The translations under genes were made by a program, and so were the position numbers. Of a stretch of 36,876 nucleotides of DNA, positions 18,313 through 27,386 are shown one piece after another (position 1 is the stretch's first letter; every line of letters starts with the position of its first letter). The notes below the pieces were generated by a model. It was not told the DNA's origin. It saw only the letters and a list, made by a program, of their open reading frames with translations, and did no database searches. The stretch lies in the sequence record SRR20825006_2754. One strand, 5' to 3'.

Positions 18313-19395
18313 ATGACGTCCATCATCGCCCTTGATCCCGGGCGCAACGATATTTATCAGGCTTTCGACCTGATATCCTCCTGGCCGGAATACCGCCAAA
18401 GCCCCCTGATCCGCGCCACCGGTCTTGCCCGCGAACTCGGTCTTGGCACTGTCTGGATCAAGGATGAAAGCAAACGGTTCGGTCTGGGCGGGGTCAAGGC
18501 ACTTGGTGCCCCCTATGGCCTGAAACAGCAGCTTTTAAAACGCGGAATCACTCCCGGAAGCCCCCAATGTGCGGGCTATACCGCCGTTGCCGCAACCGAT
18601 GGCAATCACGGCCTTGCCGTGGCATGGGCGGCCCAAAAATTCGGCTGTCATGCGCGGATTTATGTCGGAACCGAGGTCGATCAGGCCCGCATTGCCCGCA
18701 TCACCGATAACGGGGCTGAAATCGTCCGGGTGGATGGCACCTATGACGATGCGGTCCTTGCCGCCGAAAATGCCGCACAATCGCCCGACGTGCTTCTGAT
18801 CACCGATACCGATTATGGCCATGAACTCGACGTTACCCGCGATATCATGGCGGGTTATGCGGTTCTCGGCATCGAATGCGCCCGCCAGCTTCGGGCTGAA
18901 AACATCACCCCCGATCATGTTTTCCTGCAATGCGGGGTTGGCGGCATGGCAGCGGGTTGCGCCATCGGGCTCTGGCATGAAAGCGGTCAAAAACCTAATG
19001 TCTGCACGGTGGAGGCAACAAACGCCGCCTGCCTTCAGGCAAGCCTTGCAACCGGTGAACTGACATCGGTTCCGGGCAAGCTCCTGACCCGCATGATCGG
19101 ACTGTCCTGTGGCAAACCGAGTCTCCCGGCGTTTGAAATCCTGCGCGAAGTATCCACCCACAGCATCGCGATTAATGATGACGTGGCGCTTCTGGTCCAA
19201 AACACGCTTTCCGCCGGGATCAATGGCGACGCCCCGCTTGAAACATGGGATACCGGCATTGCAGGCATCGCCGGGCTTTGGCATGTCGCCAAAAACCACG
19301 ACCTTCGCGCCCGTTTTGGCCTGAATGCCCAAAGCAACGTGCTCGTGATCAACAGCGAAGGCCCCATTCCACTGCCATACCGCGCAAATATCTGA
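18313..19395 (+). CDS. PLP fold-type II enzyme, diaminopropionate ammonia-lyase family
   Basis: WIKDESKRFGLGGVKALG (PLP lysine), ATDGNHG, GTYDDAV, IMAGY, HVFLQCGVGGMA, MIGLSCGKPS. Confidence 0.85.
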   Translation: MTSIIALDPGRNDIYQAFDLISSWPEYRQSPLIRATGLARELGLGTVWIKDESKRFGLGGVKALGAPYGLKQQLLKRGITPGSPQCAGYTAVAATDGNHGLAVAWAAQKFGCHARIYVGTEVDQARIARITDNGAEIVRVDGTYDDAVLAAENAAQSPDVLLITDTDYGHELDVTRDIMAGYAVLGIECARQLRAENITPDHVFLQCGVGGMAAGCAIGLWHESGQKPNVCTVEATNAACLQASLATGELTSVPGKLLTRMIGLSCGKPSLPAFEILREVSTHSIAINDDVALLVQNTLSAGINGDAPLETWDTGIAGIAGLWHVAKNHDLRARFGLNAQSNVLVINSEGPIPLPYRANI

Positions 19396-19528
19396 ATTCT
19401 TTCGACGCGAAAAAGGCTTTCCGTTATGCCACCAACTGGACAGCGACTGGACAGCCCTGCCGGGCATCGGTACAGTCGCGCCAGACCGTGCAAATGCCCA
19501 CGTCGGGTTCTATGGGGACTGCAAACAG

Positions 19529-21178
19529 ATGAAATTGCTCGAACTGTTGTCTTGGGGGGATAACAGACTGATGGCCCGGCTTGCCTTTGCCGGTGCGTTA
19601 TCAGGTGCGGGCAGTGCGGTCCTGCTGGGGCTGGTCAATACCGCCGCCGAAGGCATTGCCGATAACGGTGTCGATCAGGTCGACTGGCTTCTGGCCGGCG
19701 GCTTCATCGCCCTTGCCGTGGTCTATTTCCTGGCCGAGGTTTTCCTTCTTGCCAACATCTCGACCCAGATCGAACAGGGCATCGACAAGGTGCGTCGCAA
19801 ACTGCTGGGTCAGATCGCCCATGCCGACTTTGCCCGGCTAGAAACCTTTGGTCAGGCCCGCCTGTTTGACAGCATCACCCAAAGCACTCAGGTCATTTCG
19901 CAAAACTCGCACATGATCGGCATGTCGTTCCGATCCCTTCTGCTGGTCGTTGCGGTGATGATCTATGTCTTCTGGCTCTCCACGCTGGCCTTTTTCCTGA
20001 TCGTGATGGTGATCGGGGCCGGGATTGTCATTTACCTGCAGATGGGCAAACAGCTCGGCATGTGGTTTGGCAAACTCCATCTCGCCGAAACCAGCCTGTT
20101 TGGCAAGGTCGCCGACCTGTTTTCGGGCATCCGCGAAGTTCGCATGTGGTCATCGCGCAGCAGCACCCTTTTCAATGCCTTTTCGGAAAACTCGCTGACA
20201 AAGGAACAGATCACGGCAGAAACCCACAGCCTGATGTTCCGTCAGATGATCATGGGCATGACCGCCTTTTATGTCCTGCTTGCGGTGATCGTCTTTATCG
20301 TGCCGGTCTATACCGATAATTTCGGCTCCACGGTTTCCAAGGTCAGCACCGCCGTCCTGTTCATGATCGGCCCGATCAGCACTGTGGTGCAGGCAATGGC
20401 GGTTCTGGGGGCGGCCGAACAGGCCGCCGCGCGCATGGTAACCCTGTCACAGGATCTGGACGAAATTGCCGAACCGATTGACGAAAACGGTACAAAGCTG
20501 CCCGATACATTTTCAAACATCGCGTTTGATGATGTCTGCTTTACCTATCCCAACCGCGACCCGCGCCACGGCTTTGTTCTTGGCCCGATCAGCCTTTCGG
20601 TAAAAAAGGGCGAACTGATTTTCATCACCGGCGGCAACGGGGCGGGCAAATCCACCCTGATCAAGCTTCTGACCGCCCTTTATCGCCCGGTATCGGGTGC
20701 CATCCGGTTTGACGATATCCAGCTTGGCGCGCAAAATATCGCTTCTTTCCGCGATAAAATCGCCACCGTGTTTTCCGATTTCCACCTGTTTTCCGAACTG
20801 CACGGATCGGCCGAAATTGATCCCGACGAAGCAGATTACTGGCTCAACCTGTTTGAACTGTCCCATGTGACGGGTATTCGCGACGGCAAATTTGTTTCCA
20901 TCGCCCTGTCGGCCGGGCAACGCAAACGTCTTGGCCTGATCACCGCCATTCTCGAACATCGCCCGATCCTTGTTCTTGATGAATGGGCCGCTGATCAGGA
21001 CCCCTATTTCCGTAAAAAATTCTATTACGAAATCCTGCCACAGATCAAAGCACGCGGCATAACCATCATCGCCGTCACCCATGACGACCATTATTTCGAT
21101 GCCGCCGACCGCCGCCTGCATCTCGAATCCGGCACCCTGCACGAACTTGACCGCAACGACCCGCGTGGAAGGATCTGA
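19529..21178 (+). CDS. Cyclic peptide export ABC transporter (SyrD/PvdE/YojI family), fused permease-ATPase
   Basis: TM domain; Walker A GGNGAGKST; VFSDFHLF; LSAGQRKRL; family-typical LDEWAADQDP; VTHDDHYF. Confidence 0.92.
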   Translation: MKLLELLSWGDNRLMARLAFAGALSGAGSAVLLGLVNTAAEGIADNGVDQVDWLLAGGFIALAVVYFLAEVFLLANISTQIEQGIDKVRRKLLGQIAHADFARLETFGQARLFDSITQSTQVISQNSHMIGMSFRSLLLVVAVMIYVFWLSTLAFFLIVMVIGAGIVIYLQMGKQLGMWFGKLHLAETSLFGKVADLFSGIREVRMWSSRSSTLFNAFSENSLTKEQITAETHSLMFRQMIMGMTAFYVLLAVIVFIVPVYTDNFGSTVSKVSTAVLFMIGPISTVVQAMAVLGAAEQAAARMVTLSQDLDEIAEPIDENGTKLPDTFSNIAFDDVCFTYPNRDPRHGFVLGPISLSVKKGELIFITGGNGAGKSTLIKLLTALYRPVSGAIRFDDIQLGAQNIASFRDKIATVFSDFHLFSELHGSAEIDPDEADYWLNLFELSHVTGIRDGKFVSIALSAGQRKRLGLITAILEHRPILVLDEWAADQDPYFRKKFYYEILPQIKARGITIIAVTHDDHYFDAADRRLHLESGTLHELDRNDPRGRI

Positions 21179-21180
21179 TC

Positions 21181-22854
21181 ATGCTGCTTATTGATCTTCT
21201 GCGATCCCGAACCCGCATCGATCTGCGCCATGCCGTCGGCCTGCTGTCGCTGGCATCAATTGCCACCACCATGGTGCTGATCATCGTCAATCTGGCCGCC
21301 GAACAGGCCGAAGACGGTGTGGCCAGCATGCGCTATCTCGGCATGATGGCTCTGTCGCTGATCGGCTATATCTGGGCCCAGAAAAAATCCAGCGACTTGA
21401 TCGCCGCCGAGGTGGAACACATCCTCCATCAACTCCGCCTCAGCCTGTTTGATCGCGTGCGAAAAGCCGCCCCCGATACGCTGGCCAAGGTCGGACAGGG
21501 GGCGGTTCAAACCGCCCTCACCCAGGAAATGCAAACCGTATCGGCCGCCCTGCCCCTGATGTTGAATGGTGTGCAGCAGGTGGTCCTGATCATCTGTGTC
21601 GCGGCCTATCTCGCATGGCTCTCGACCTTCGCCTTCGTGATGATTTCCGTTCTGGCCGTTGTGGTTTCAACCATCCATCTGCAACGCATGCGCAAAATCA
21701 ACGCCGCAACCCGTGACGCGATTGACGATGAAAACCTGCTTTTTGGCGGCCTGACCGATCTGTTGCATGGCTTCAAGGAAGTCAAAATGAACAGCCGGCG
21801 TCGCGACGCACTGCTCGGCGCACTCAATGACCGCTCCATCCGGGCACGCGACACCAAATCCGTGGTCAAGGCCCAATGGTCGCGCGAATTCGCCCTGATC
21901 CAGTTGGCCTTCTACGGCATGATGGCAGCCATGGTATTCATCGTTCCGATCTTCACATCGGATTATCATGACGTTGCCGTGCAAACCACGACCGCGGCCC
22001 TGTTCATGATCGGCCCGATCGGGGCCGTGGTTGCCTCAGTCCCCAGCTTCACCGATTCCGATGTGGCGCTCCGCAAGATCAACGATATCGATCACCAGCT
22101 CGAAGACGCCCTTGACGCCCAACATGCGAACGAGGCCGCGAACGGCACCTCATCGCCCGAAACTCTTGATAAATTGCGCGGTGCCCTTGGCAATATCGCC
22201 GAAATCAGCCTGCGCGACGTTCGTTTCGCCTATCCCGGCACGACGGATAGCCCCGGCTTTGCCGTCGGTCCGATCAATGCCACCTTCAAAAAGGGCGAAA
22301 TCACCTTTATCACCGGCGGCAACGGGGCTGGCAAATCAACCATCATCGCCGTTCTGACCGGCCTTCGCCCGGCGGCAGGCGGTTCGATCATGGTCAATGA
22401 TTGCCCGCTCCCGACCGACGCCCTGCAGCTTTATCGCGATCATTTCGCGACCGTGCTGTCGGACTATCATCTGTTTCGCGAACTTTACGGCATTGATGAG
22501 ATCGACCCGAAACGGGTTGAACCCCTGCTCAAACAGATGGAAATCGATGACAAGGTCGAAATTGATGACAACGCCTTTTCAACGACGTCACTGTCACAGG
22601 GGCAACGCAAACGCCTTGCCCTGATCGCGGCCCTGCTCGAAGAAAAGCCGGTTCTTGTCCTTGATGAATGGGCCGCCGATCAGGACCCGCATTTCCGCTC
22701 GGTCTTCTATGAAAAAATCCTGCCATCCTTACGCAAGCAGGGCAAGATCATCATCTGTGTCACCCATGATGACCGCTGGTTTGACGCGGCCGATACGATC
22801 TATCACGTCCGCGACGGCGAATTTGTCGACGGGCGTCAAACCACCTCCGCCTGA
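21181..22854 (+). CDS. Second cyclic peptide export ABC transporter (SyrD/PvdE/YojI family)
   Basis: GFKEVK, GGNGAGKST, LSQGQRKRLAL, LDEWAADQDP, VTHDDRWF; starts 2 nt after the paralog's stop. Confidence 0.92.
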   Translation: MLLIDLLRSRTRIDLRHAVGLLSLASIATTMVLIIVNLAAEQAEDGVASMRYLGMMALSLIGYIWAQKKSSDLIAAEVEHILHQLRLSLFDRVRKAAPDTLAKVGQGAVQTALTQEMQTVSAALPLMLNGVQQVVLIICVAAYLAWLSTFAFVMISVLAVVVSTIHLQRMRKINAATRDAIDDENLLFGGLTDLLHGFKEVKMNSRRRDALLGALNDRSIRARDTKSVVKAQWSREFALIQLAFYGMMAAMVFIVPIFTSDYHDVAVQTTTAALFMIGPIGAVVASVPSFTDSDVALRKINDIDHQLEDALDAQHANEAANGTSSPETLDKLRGALGNIAEISLRDVRFAYPGTTDSPGFAVGPINATFKKGEITFITGGNGAGKSTIIAVLTGLRPAAGGSIMVNDCPLPTDALQLYRDHFATVLSDYHLFRELYGIDEIDPKRVEPLLKQMEIDDKVEIDDNAFSTTSLSQGQRKRLALIAALLEEKPVLVLDEWAADQDPHFRSVFYEKILPSLRKQGKIIICVTHDDRWFDAADTIYHVRDGEFVDGRQTTSA

Positions 22855-22858
22855 TCTG

Positions 22859-23599
22859 TTACGCCACCATCAGCGCGTCCCGGACCACGTGCACGATGTC
22901 ATCCCCGCCATCGCGCAGGAAAAAATGCCCGCCGGGCAAAACATGCTTGGCAAAATCACCCGTGGTCGCCGCCGCCCAGTCATCCAGTTCATCCGGCACC
23001 GGGTTCGGGTCATCCGCCCCGCCAAAGGCGGTAATCGGGCAGGACAGTTTGGGCAATCCGGTCGAAACCGCGGTTTCCGACAATCTGAAATCCGCCCGAA
23101 GCCCCGGCTCGAACAGGGCGCGATATTCCGCATTTTCCAGAATTTCGGTGGGCGTCCCGCCATAATTGGCAATCCCCTGCCAGAACTCATATGATGACAG
23201 ATGATGCAACGGTGCCCGATGCCCCGCCATATTCGGCCCGCGCCGTGCGGCAACAAACAGATGAACCGGCGTTACCATCCCCGCCTGTTGCAGATGACAC
23301 GCCAGATGATGGGAAATCAGCGCCCCCATCGAATAACCGAAAAACGCAAATGGCCGATCCATAACCGGCTTTAACCCATCGGCCACCGCCGCAACCATCG
23401 CCGAAAGATCATCAATCACCGGATCGCCAAACCGCTGCTCACGCCCCGGCAGATTGACCGGCACCACATCAATGTCATCGGGGAACTGTGTCAGCCACGG
23501 CCGATAGGCCAACGCCCCACCACCGGCAAACGGAAAACAGAACAGCCGCATCCGCGCCCCCGCCGTGATATTCTGACCGACCCAGACATTTTGCGTCAT
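22859..23599 (-). CDS. Type II (editing) thioesterase, GrsT/SrfAD family
   Basis: RLFCFPFAGG, LPGREQR, FGYSMGA (GxSxG), LRADF, GGHFFL. Start moved to ATG 23599. Confidence 0.92.
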   Translation of the reverse strand: MTQNVWVGQNITAGARMRLFCFPFAGGGALAYRPWLTQFPDDIDVVPVNLPGREQRFGDPVIDDLSAMVAAVADGLKPVMDRPFAFFGYSMGALISHHLACHLQQAGMVTPVHLFVAARRGPNMAGHRAPLHHLSSYEFWQGIANYGGTPTEILENAEYRALFEPGLRADFRLSETAVSTGLPKLSCPITAFGGADDPNPVPDELDDWAAATTGDFAKHVLPGGHFFLRDGGDDIVHVVRDALMVA

Positions 23600-23656
23600 G
23601 TTTCTTTCCGCCCCAATTGCCGACTGCTTTACCTGTCGCAATAATATCGCGCAAAT

Positions 23657-24199
23657 TCAAGCCGCTAAACGCGCCAGCGCGCCAGAAAACCCATCCATCG
23701 TTTCAATCGCGATCAATGTGGCCCGTGACTGCATCACCGGGTCGGTTTCGCCCGTCGCCTTGAATGCCGCCTCGTAATCGCACCAGCCCTGATAAAAATC
23801 CCGGCCATCCGCATCCCCGTCAAACAGCCAGCGTGACAGGGCGTCGATATCACGGCTCGGGTCACGATACTCGATATCAATGCCGATCATGGCATCCGGG
23901 TCTTTGGCAATCGCCACCGCCACAAGATCGCGGCTGTGGCTGATACTCGCACAATGGGTCACACCATCGATGATCAGGCCTGGCTGCCCCGAACTTTGCC
24001 GCACGGTTTCATATGTCCCATCCCCGGCGATATCCGGCCAGATATAATGTCCAAGATCGCCCAGCATCTGCCACGCTTGGGCCGAACTTTGGCGGCGTTT
24101 TTCCGTGCGGTCGCCCTTCAGATCATCGACCCGCTGCCAGCACCATAAAACGCTGCCCCCAAACGCGGTCTTGACATCGATGATTGCGTTTTTTTTCAT
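23657..24199 (-). CDS. Short 4'-phosphopantetheinyl transferase-family protein, probably associated with the aryl polyene cluster
   Basis: SGQP, ASISHSRDLVAVA, IGIDIE, FYQGWCDYEAAFKATG. Start codon uncertain. Confidence 0.7.
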   Translation of the reverse strand: MKKNAIIDVKTAFGGSVLWCWQRVDDLKGDRTEKRRQSSAQAWQMLGDLGHYIWPDIAGDGTYETVRQSSGQPGLIIDGVTHCASISHSRDLVAVAIAKDPDAMIGIDIEYRDPSRDIDALSRWLFDGDADGRDFYQGWCDYEAAFKATGETDPVMQSRATLIAIETMDGFSGALARLAA

Positions 24200-24286
24200 G
24201 TATGTGGCAAGTTTTGGTTGTTTTGTTGTCGACGGGTTCATTAAATCAGGGACGTCTGCCCGGCTCGGGCAATAAAAAAAGCGATA

Positions 24287-24310
24287 ATTGATCCGATCAA
24301 CCGGATCAAT
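24287..24310. promoter_or_regulatory. 9-bp inverted repeat, candidate operator upstream of the aryl polyene operon
   Basis: ATTGATCCG-ATCAAC-CGGATCAAT in the divergent intergenic region, 30 nt before ATG 24341. Confidence 0.45.
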
Positions 24311-24340
24311 CTGATAATATCAATAAAAGGCAGGTTGGAT

Positions 24341-24742
24341 ATGCGCAGTTTGAAATTTGCAGTCGTCGGTTTGCTGGCACTTGTTGTTGCCGCGTGCCGC
24401 ACCGCCCCGGTTCAGAATGTCAGCAGTCAGCCCTTCCCGGCTGATGCGTCAAAACTCAGCATGGCACAGATCGAAGAAAGCATCATCAAGGCCGCAGGCG
24501 AACGTGAATGGATCGTTCAACGCAAGGCCGAAGGTGAACTGATCGCCACCTATTCCCCACGCGATCATCTGGCCAAGGTTGAAATCGATTTTGACCAGTC
24601 CGAATTTTCCATTTCCTATGTCGACAGCACCAATCTGAACTATGATGGCACCTCGATTCATTATAATTACAATCGCTGGGTCAATAATCTGCGACAGGAT
24701 ATCTTGCGCGAAGTCTCGGCAAAGGCCGTACTCGCGAACTAG
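24341..24742 (+). CDS. Lipoprotein, probably aryl polyene cluster associated
   Basis: Signal peptide II with lipobox VAAC; YVDSTNL..IHYNYNRWVNNL; AGGCAGG RBS before ATG 24341. Confidence 0.75.
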   Translation: MRSLKFAVVGLLALVVAACRTAPVQNVSSQPFPADASKLSMAQIEESIIKAAGEREWIVQRKAEGELIATYSPRDHLAKVEIDFDQSEFSISYVDSTNLNYDGTSIHYNYNRWVNNLRQDILREVSAKAVLAN

Positions 24743-24750
24743 GTTTGGAT

Positions 24751-25509
24751 ATGAGTTTGCTGCACGCCAGAATTTCGCACTGGGCTTTCTGGGAAGACCG
24801 CGATGATCGCGCGGTCCTGAAATCCGGAACAGCCGGGCATACCGAAATCCCGCATACCGCAATCCCGATTGACGATATGACCGGTGCCAATCTGGCGCGC
24901 TGCCTCAAACCCGCCTGGCGGCGGCGTCTGGATCTTTATGGTCGCGCCGCCGCCGAGGTGCTCGGCCATACCATCCGTGATGGCGATAACCCGCATATCG
25001 TTTTTGCCTCCCGCCACGGCAATATTGATCGCACGCTGAAACTCCTCCATCAGGTCGCGACAAACGAAACCCTCTCCCCCGCCGATTTCAGTATGTCGGT
25101 GCATAACGCGCTTGTCGGGGTTGCCTCGATCAACTGGTCGATCACCCAAAGCCACACCGCGATTTCGGCCGGGAATGACAGCCTGATAGCCGCCCTCACC
25201 GAAACATTATGTCAGCTCACAAGCGAGGATGGCCCGGTCATCCTGTGCTATGTCGATCTGCCACTGCCCGATATCTACCATGACGAGGACCCGGACGACA
25301 TTTCCGGCACCGCCCTTGCCATCCGCTTTGACCAGCCAACGAAACCGGACGGCAAAATGTTCTGGTTCGATCCGATCCCCGATCATGATCCCGCCCCCAT
25401 GCCACACCGCCAGGCACGCGCCATCGCCGCCTGTCTGGGGGCATCGTCAAAAACCGGGTTGAACCTGCCGGGGAAATCCGGCGGCTGGGCCATGCAACCG
25501 CATGGCTGA
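24751..25509 (+). CDS. apeC: Beta-ketoacyl synthase chain-length factor (ApeC-like)
   Basis: RRRL, VFASRHG, LSPADFSMSVHNA; KS N-terminal half only. Confidence 0.85.
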   Translation: MSLLHARISHWAFWEDRDDRAVLKSGTAGHTEIPHTAIPIDDMTGANLARCLKPAWRRRLDLYGRAAAEVLGHTIRDGDNPHIVFASRHGNIDRTLKLLHQVATNETLSPADFSMSVHNALVGVASINWSITQSHTAISAGNDSLIAALTETLCQLTSEDGPVILCYVDLPLPDIYHDEDPDDISGTALAIRFDQPTKPDGKMFWFDPIPDHDPAPMPHRQARAIAACLGASSKTGLNLPGKSGGWAMQPHG

Positions 25510-26323
25510 TAAACACGGCAGGCCGATACGGTCGTCAAAGGGCTTTAACTGGTATTGGCGGCTACTGGCGACCGGCTTTGCCTTTTCATCCTTTGGGCTG
25601 GGCGGGCTTTTGCTGGCCATCACCATTTTCCCCGCCATGATGATCATCCTGCGCGACCGCGCCAAACGGCGCAAATACGCCCAGTTTGTCATCTGTCGCG
25701 GTTTTCGCCTTTTCACATGGATGCTTGATGTCACCGGTGTGGCCGTCGCCCAGACCGAAAATATTGAACGCCTGCGATCCGCACGTGGTGCGCTGATCAT
25801 CGCCAATCATCCGACATTGCTCGATGTCGTGATGATCCTGGCCCAGATGGATCGCTGCCAGTGTGTCGTCAAACACGAACTGTTTCGCAATCCGTTCATG
25901 GCCGGTGTGGTACGTGCGGCTGGTTTCATTCGCAATAATGATGACCCGGAAAACCTGATTTCGCAGGCGCGCGATCATCTGGCAACCGGTGCCTGTATCC
26001 TGATTTTCCCCGAAGGCACGCGCACGCCCAGCCGCCGCAAACTGGGCCAATTGCAACGCGGGGTAGCGAATATCGCGATAGAAACACAAGTCGACTTGAT
26101 TCCTGTGGTTGTGCACTGTAATCACGATACCCTGAAAAAGGGGGTACCGTGGTATCGCATTCCGCCGTCGAAAATCCGTTTTCGCCTCGTGGTCGATGCA
26201 CCGCTATCATTTGGGGACATTGCTGATCCGACGTTAAGCCGTGCTAAACAGGCCCGTTTGCTGACCCGGATCATCAAGGATTATTATCTGGACAGACTGA
26301 CGCATGACCTCGCTGGAAACTGA
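25502..26323 (+). CDS. apeD: Lysophospholipid acyltransferase (PlsC-like, ApeD-like)
   Basis: ANHPTLLD (HX4D) and IFPEGTR; N-terminal WRLLATG..FSSFGLGG TM segment. Confidence 0.88.
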   Translation: MADKHGRPIRSSKGFNWYWRLLATGFAFSSFGLGGLLLAITIFPAMMIILRDRAKRRKYAQFVICRGFRLFTWMLDVTGVAVAQTENIERLRSARGALIIANHPTLLDVVMILAQMDRCQCVVKHELFRNPFMAGVVRAAGFIRNNDDPENLISQARDHLATGACILIFPEGTRTPSRRKLGQLQRGVANIAIETQVDLIPVVVHCNHDTLKKGVPWYRIPPSKIRFRLVVDAPLSFGDIADPTLSRAKQARLLTRIIKDYYLDRLTHDLAGN

Positions 26324-26567
26324 GCTTAAAGCCTTCATTATCGAGACGCTCAATCTCGAAGACATAAGTGTCGAGGATATCGACAGCGAAGAAGCCCTAT
26401 TTGTCGATGGGCTCGGCCTTGATTCCATCGATGCCCTTGAACTTGGCGTTGCGATCCAGAAAAAATATGATGTCCGGATTGATGCCAAAAACGAAGATGT
26501 GAAAACCCATTTTGCATCGGTACGCAATCTGGCGAAATTCATTCAGGCATCGGGCAAGGAGGGGTAA
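26304..26567 (+). CDS. apeE: Acyl carrier protein
   Basis: Acidic 87 aa protein with GLGLDSIDALEL. Confidence 0.92.
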   Translation: MTSLETELKAFIIETLNLEDISVEDIDSEEALFVDGLGLDSIDALELGVAIQKKYDVRIDAKNEDVKTHFASVRNLAKFIQASGKEG

Positions 26568-26569
26568 TC

Positions 26570-26818
26570 ATGCACAGTCGCCAGGACGTCTATCAGCAGC
26601 TTCACGATTACCTTGTCGAACTTTTCGAAGTCCCGTCCGAGGATATCACCCCTGATGCCCGCCTGTTCGAAGACCTTGACCTCGACAGCATCGATGCCGT
26701 CGACCTGATCGTCAAATTCCAGGAAATCACCGGCAAGAAAATCCCGGCCATGGAATTCCGGTCTGTCCGCACCGTCGATGACGTCGTCGAGAAGATCCAT
26801 GTCCTGGTCAGTTCCTAA
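26570..26818 (+). CDS. apeF: Acyl carrier protein
   Basis: LFEDLDLDSIDAVDL; AAGGAGG RBS. Confidence 0.92.
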   Translation: MHSRQDVYQQLHDYLVELFEVPSEDITPDARLFEDLDLDSIDAVDLIVKFQEITGKKIPAMEFRSVRTVDDVVEKIHVLVSS

Positions 26819-27386
26819 ACGGATCGCGGCCCTTCTGCTTGGCGTACTGGGTGTTACCTATCCGGTTCTGGTCTATTTCGGACTGTCGGCATTTTCGCCG
26901 CAATTCATCCTGATCGGCCTTTTGATCGTGGTGCTTTTGCGTGCCGTGACATTTGCGGTGCAAAAACGTTATGGGCCTGCCGGTCTTGCGGTTCTGGTCG
27001 CGGGTATCGTTGCCGCGGGTGGTCTGGCAAGCGAACTTCTCGCCATCCGCTTTTATCCGGTAATTGTCAGCCTGACGATGGGGGCGGTTTTTACCGTCAC
27101 GCTCTTTACCGACCGACCGATGGTCGAACGCCTCGCCCGGCTGAAAATGCCCGATCTTGACGACTATTCGATTGCCTATACCCGCAAACTGACCAAGGTC
27201 TGGATCGGGTTTTTCGCGGTCAACGCGATGATTGCCACATGGACGGCACTTTATGCGAGCATGGAAATATGGACGCTTTATAATGGGTTTCTGTCCTATC
27301 TGCTGATCGGCATTCTGTTTATTGGCGAATGGCCGGTCCGCCGCATTCTGCGCGCCCGCCATGACCGCAAGATCAAAGAGTCCTGA
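26799..27386 (+). CDS. apeG: Membrane protein, COG4648/ApeG-like
   Basis: YPVLVYFGL, FYPV, PMVERLARL, YTRKLT.VW, WTLYNG.LSY, GEW..R. Start moved to ATG 26799. Confidence 0.85.
   Translation: MSWSVPKRIAALLLGVLGVTYPVLVYFGLSAFSPQFILIGLLIVVLLRAVTFAVQKRYGPAGLAVLVAGIVAAGGLASELLAIRFYPVIVSLTMGAVFTVTLFTDRPMVERLARLKMPDLDDYSIAYTRKLTKVWIGFFAVNAMIATWTALYASMEIWTLYNGFLSYLLIGILFIGEWPVRRILRARHDRKIKES

Noticed and set aside
18535-19467. 310 aa minus-strand ORF
   Set aside because: Antisense shadow of the PLP-dependent lyase.
24257-24280. Hairpin TGCCCG-GCT-CGGGCA followed by an A tract, as a terminator
   Set aside because: No U tract follows the stem on either strand and it lies between divergent genes.
24288-24300. 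Canonical FNR box
   Set aside because: The spacer is 3 nt, not the required 4.
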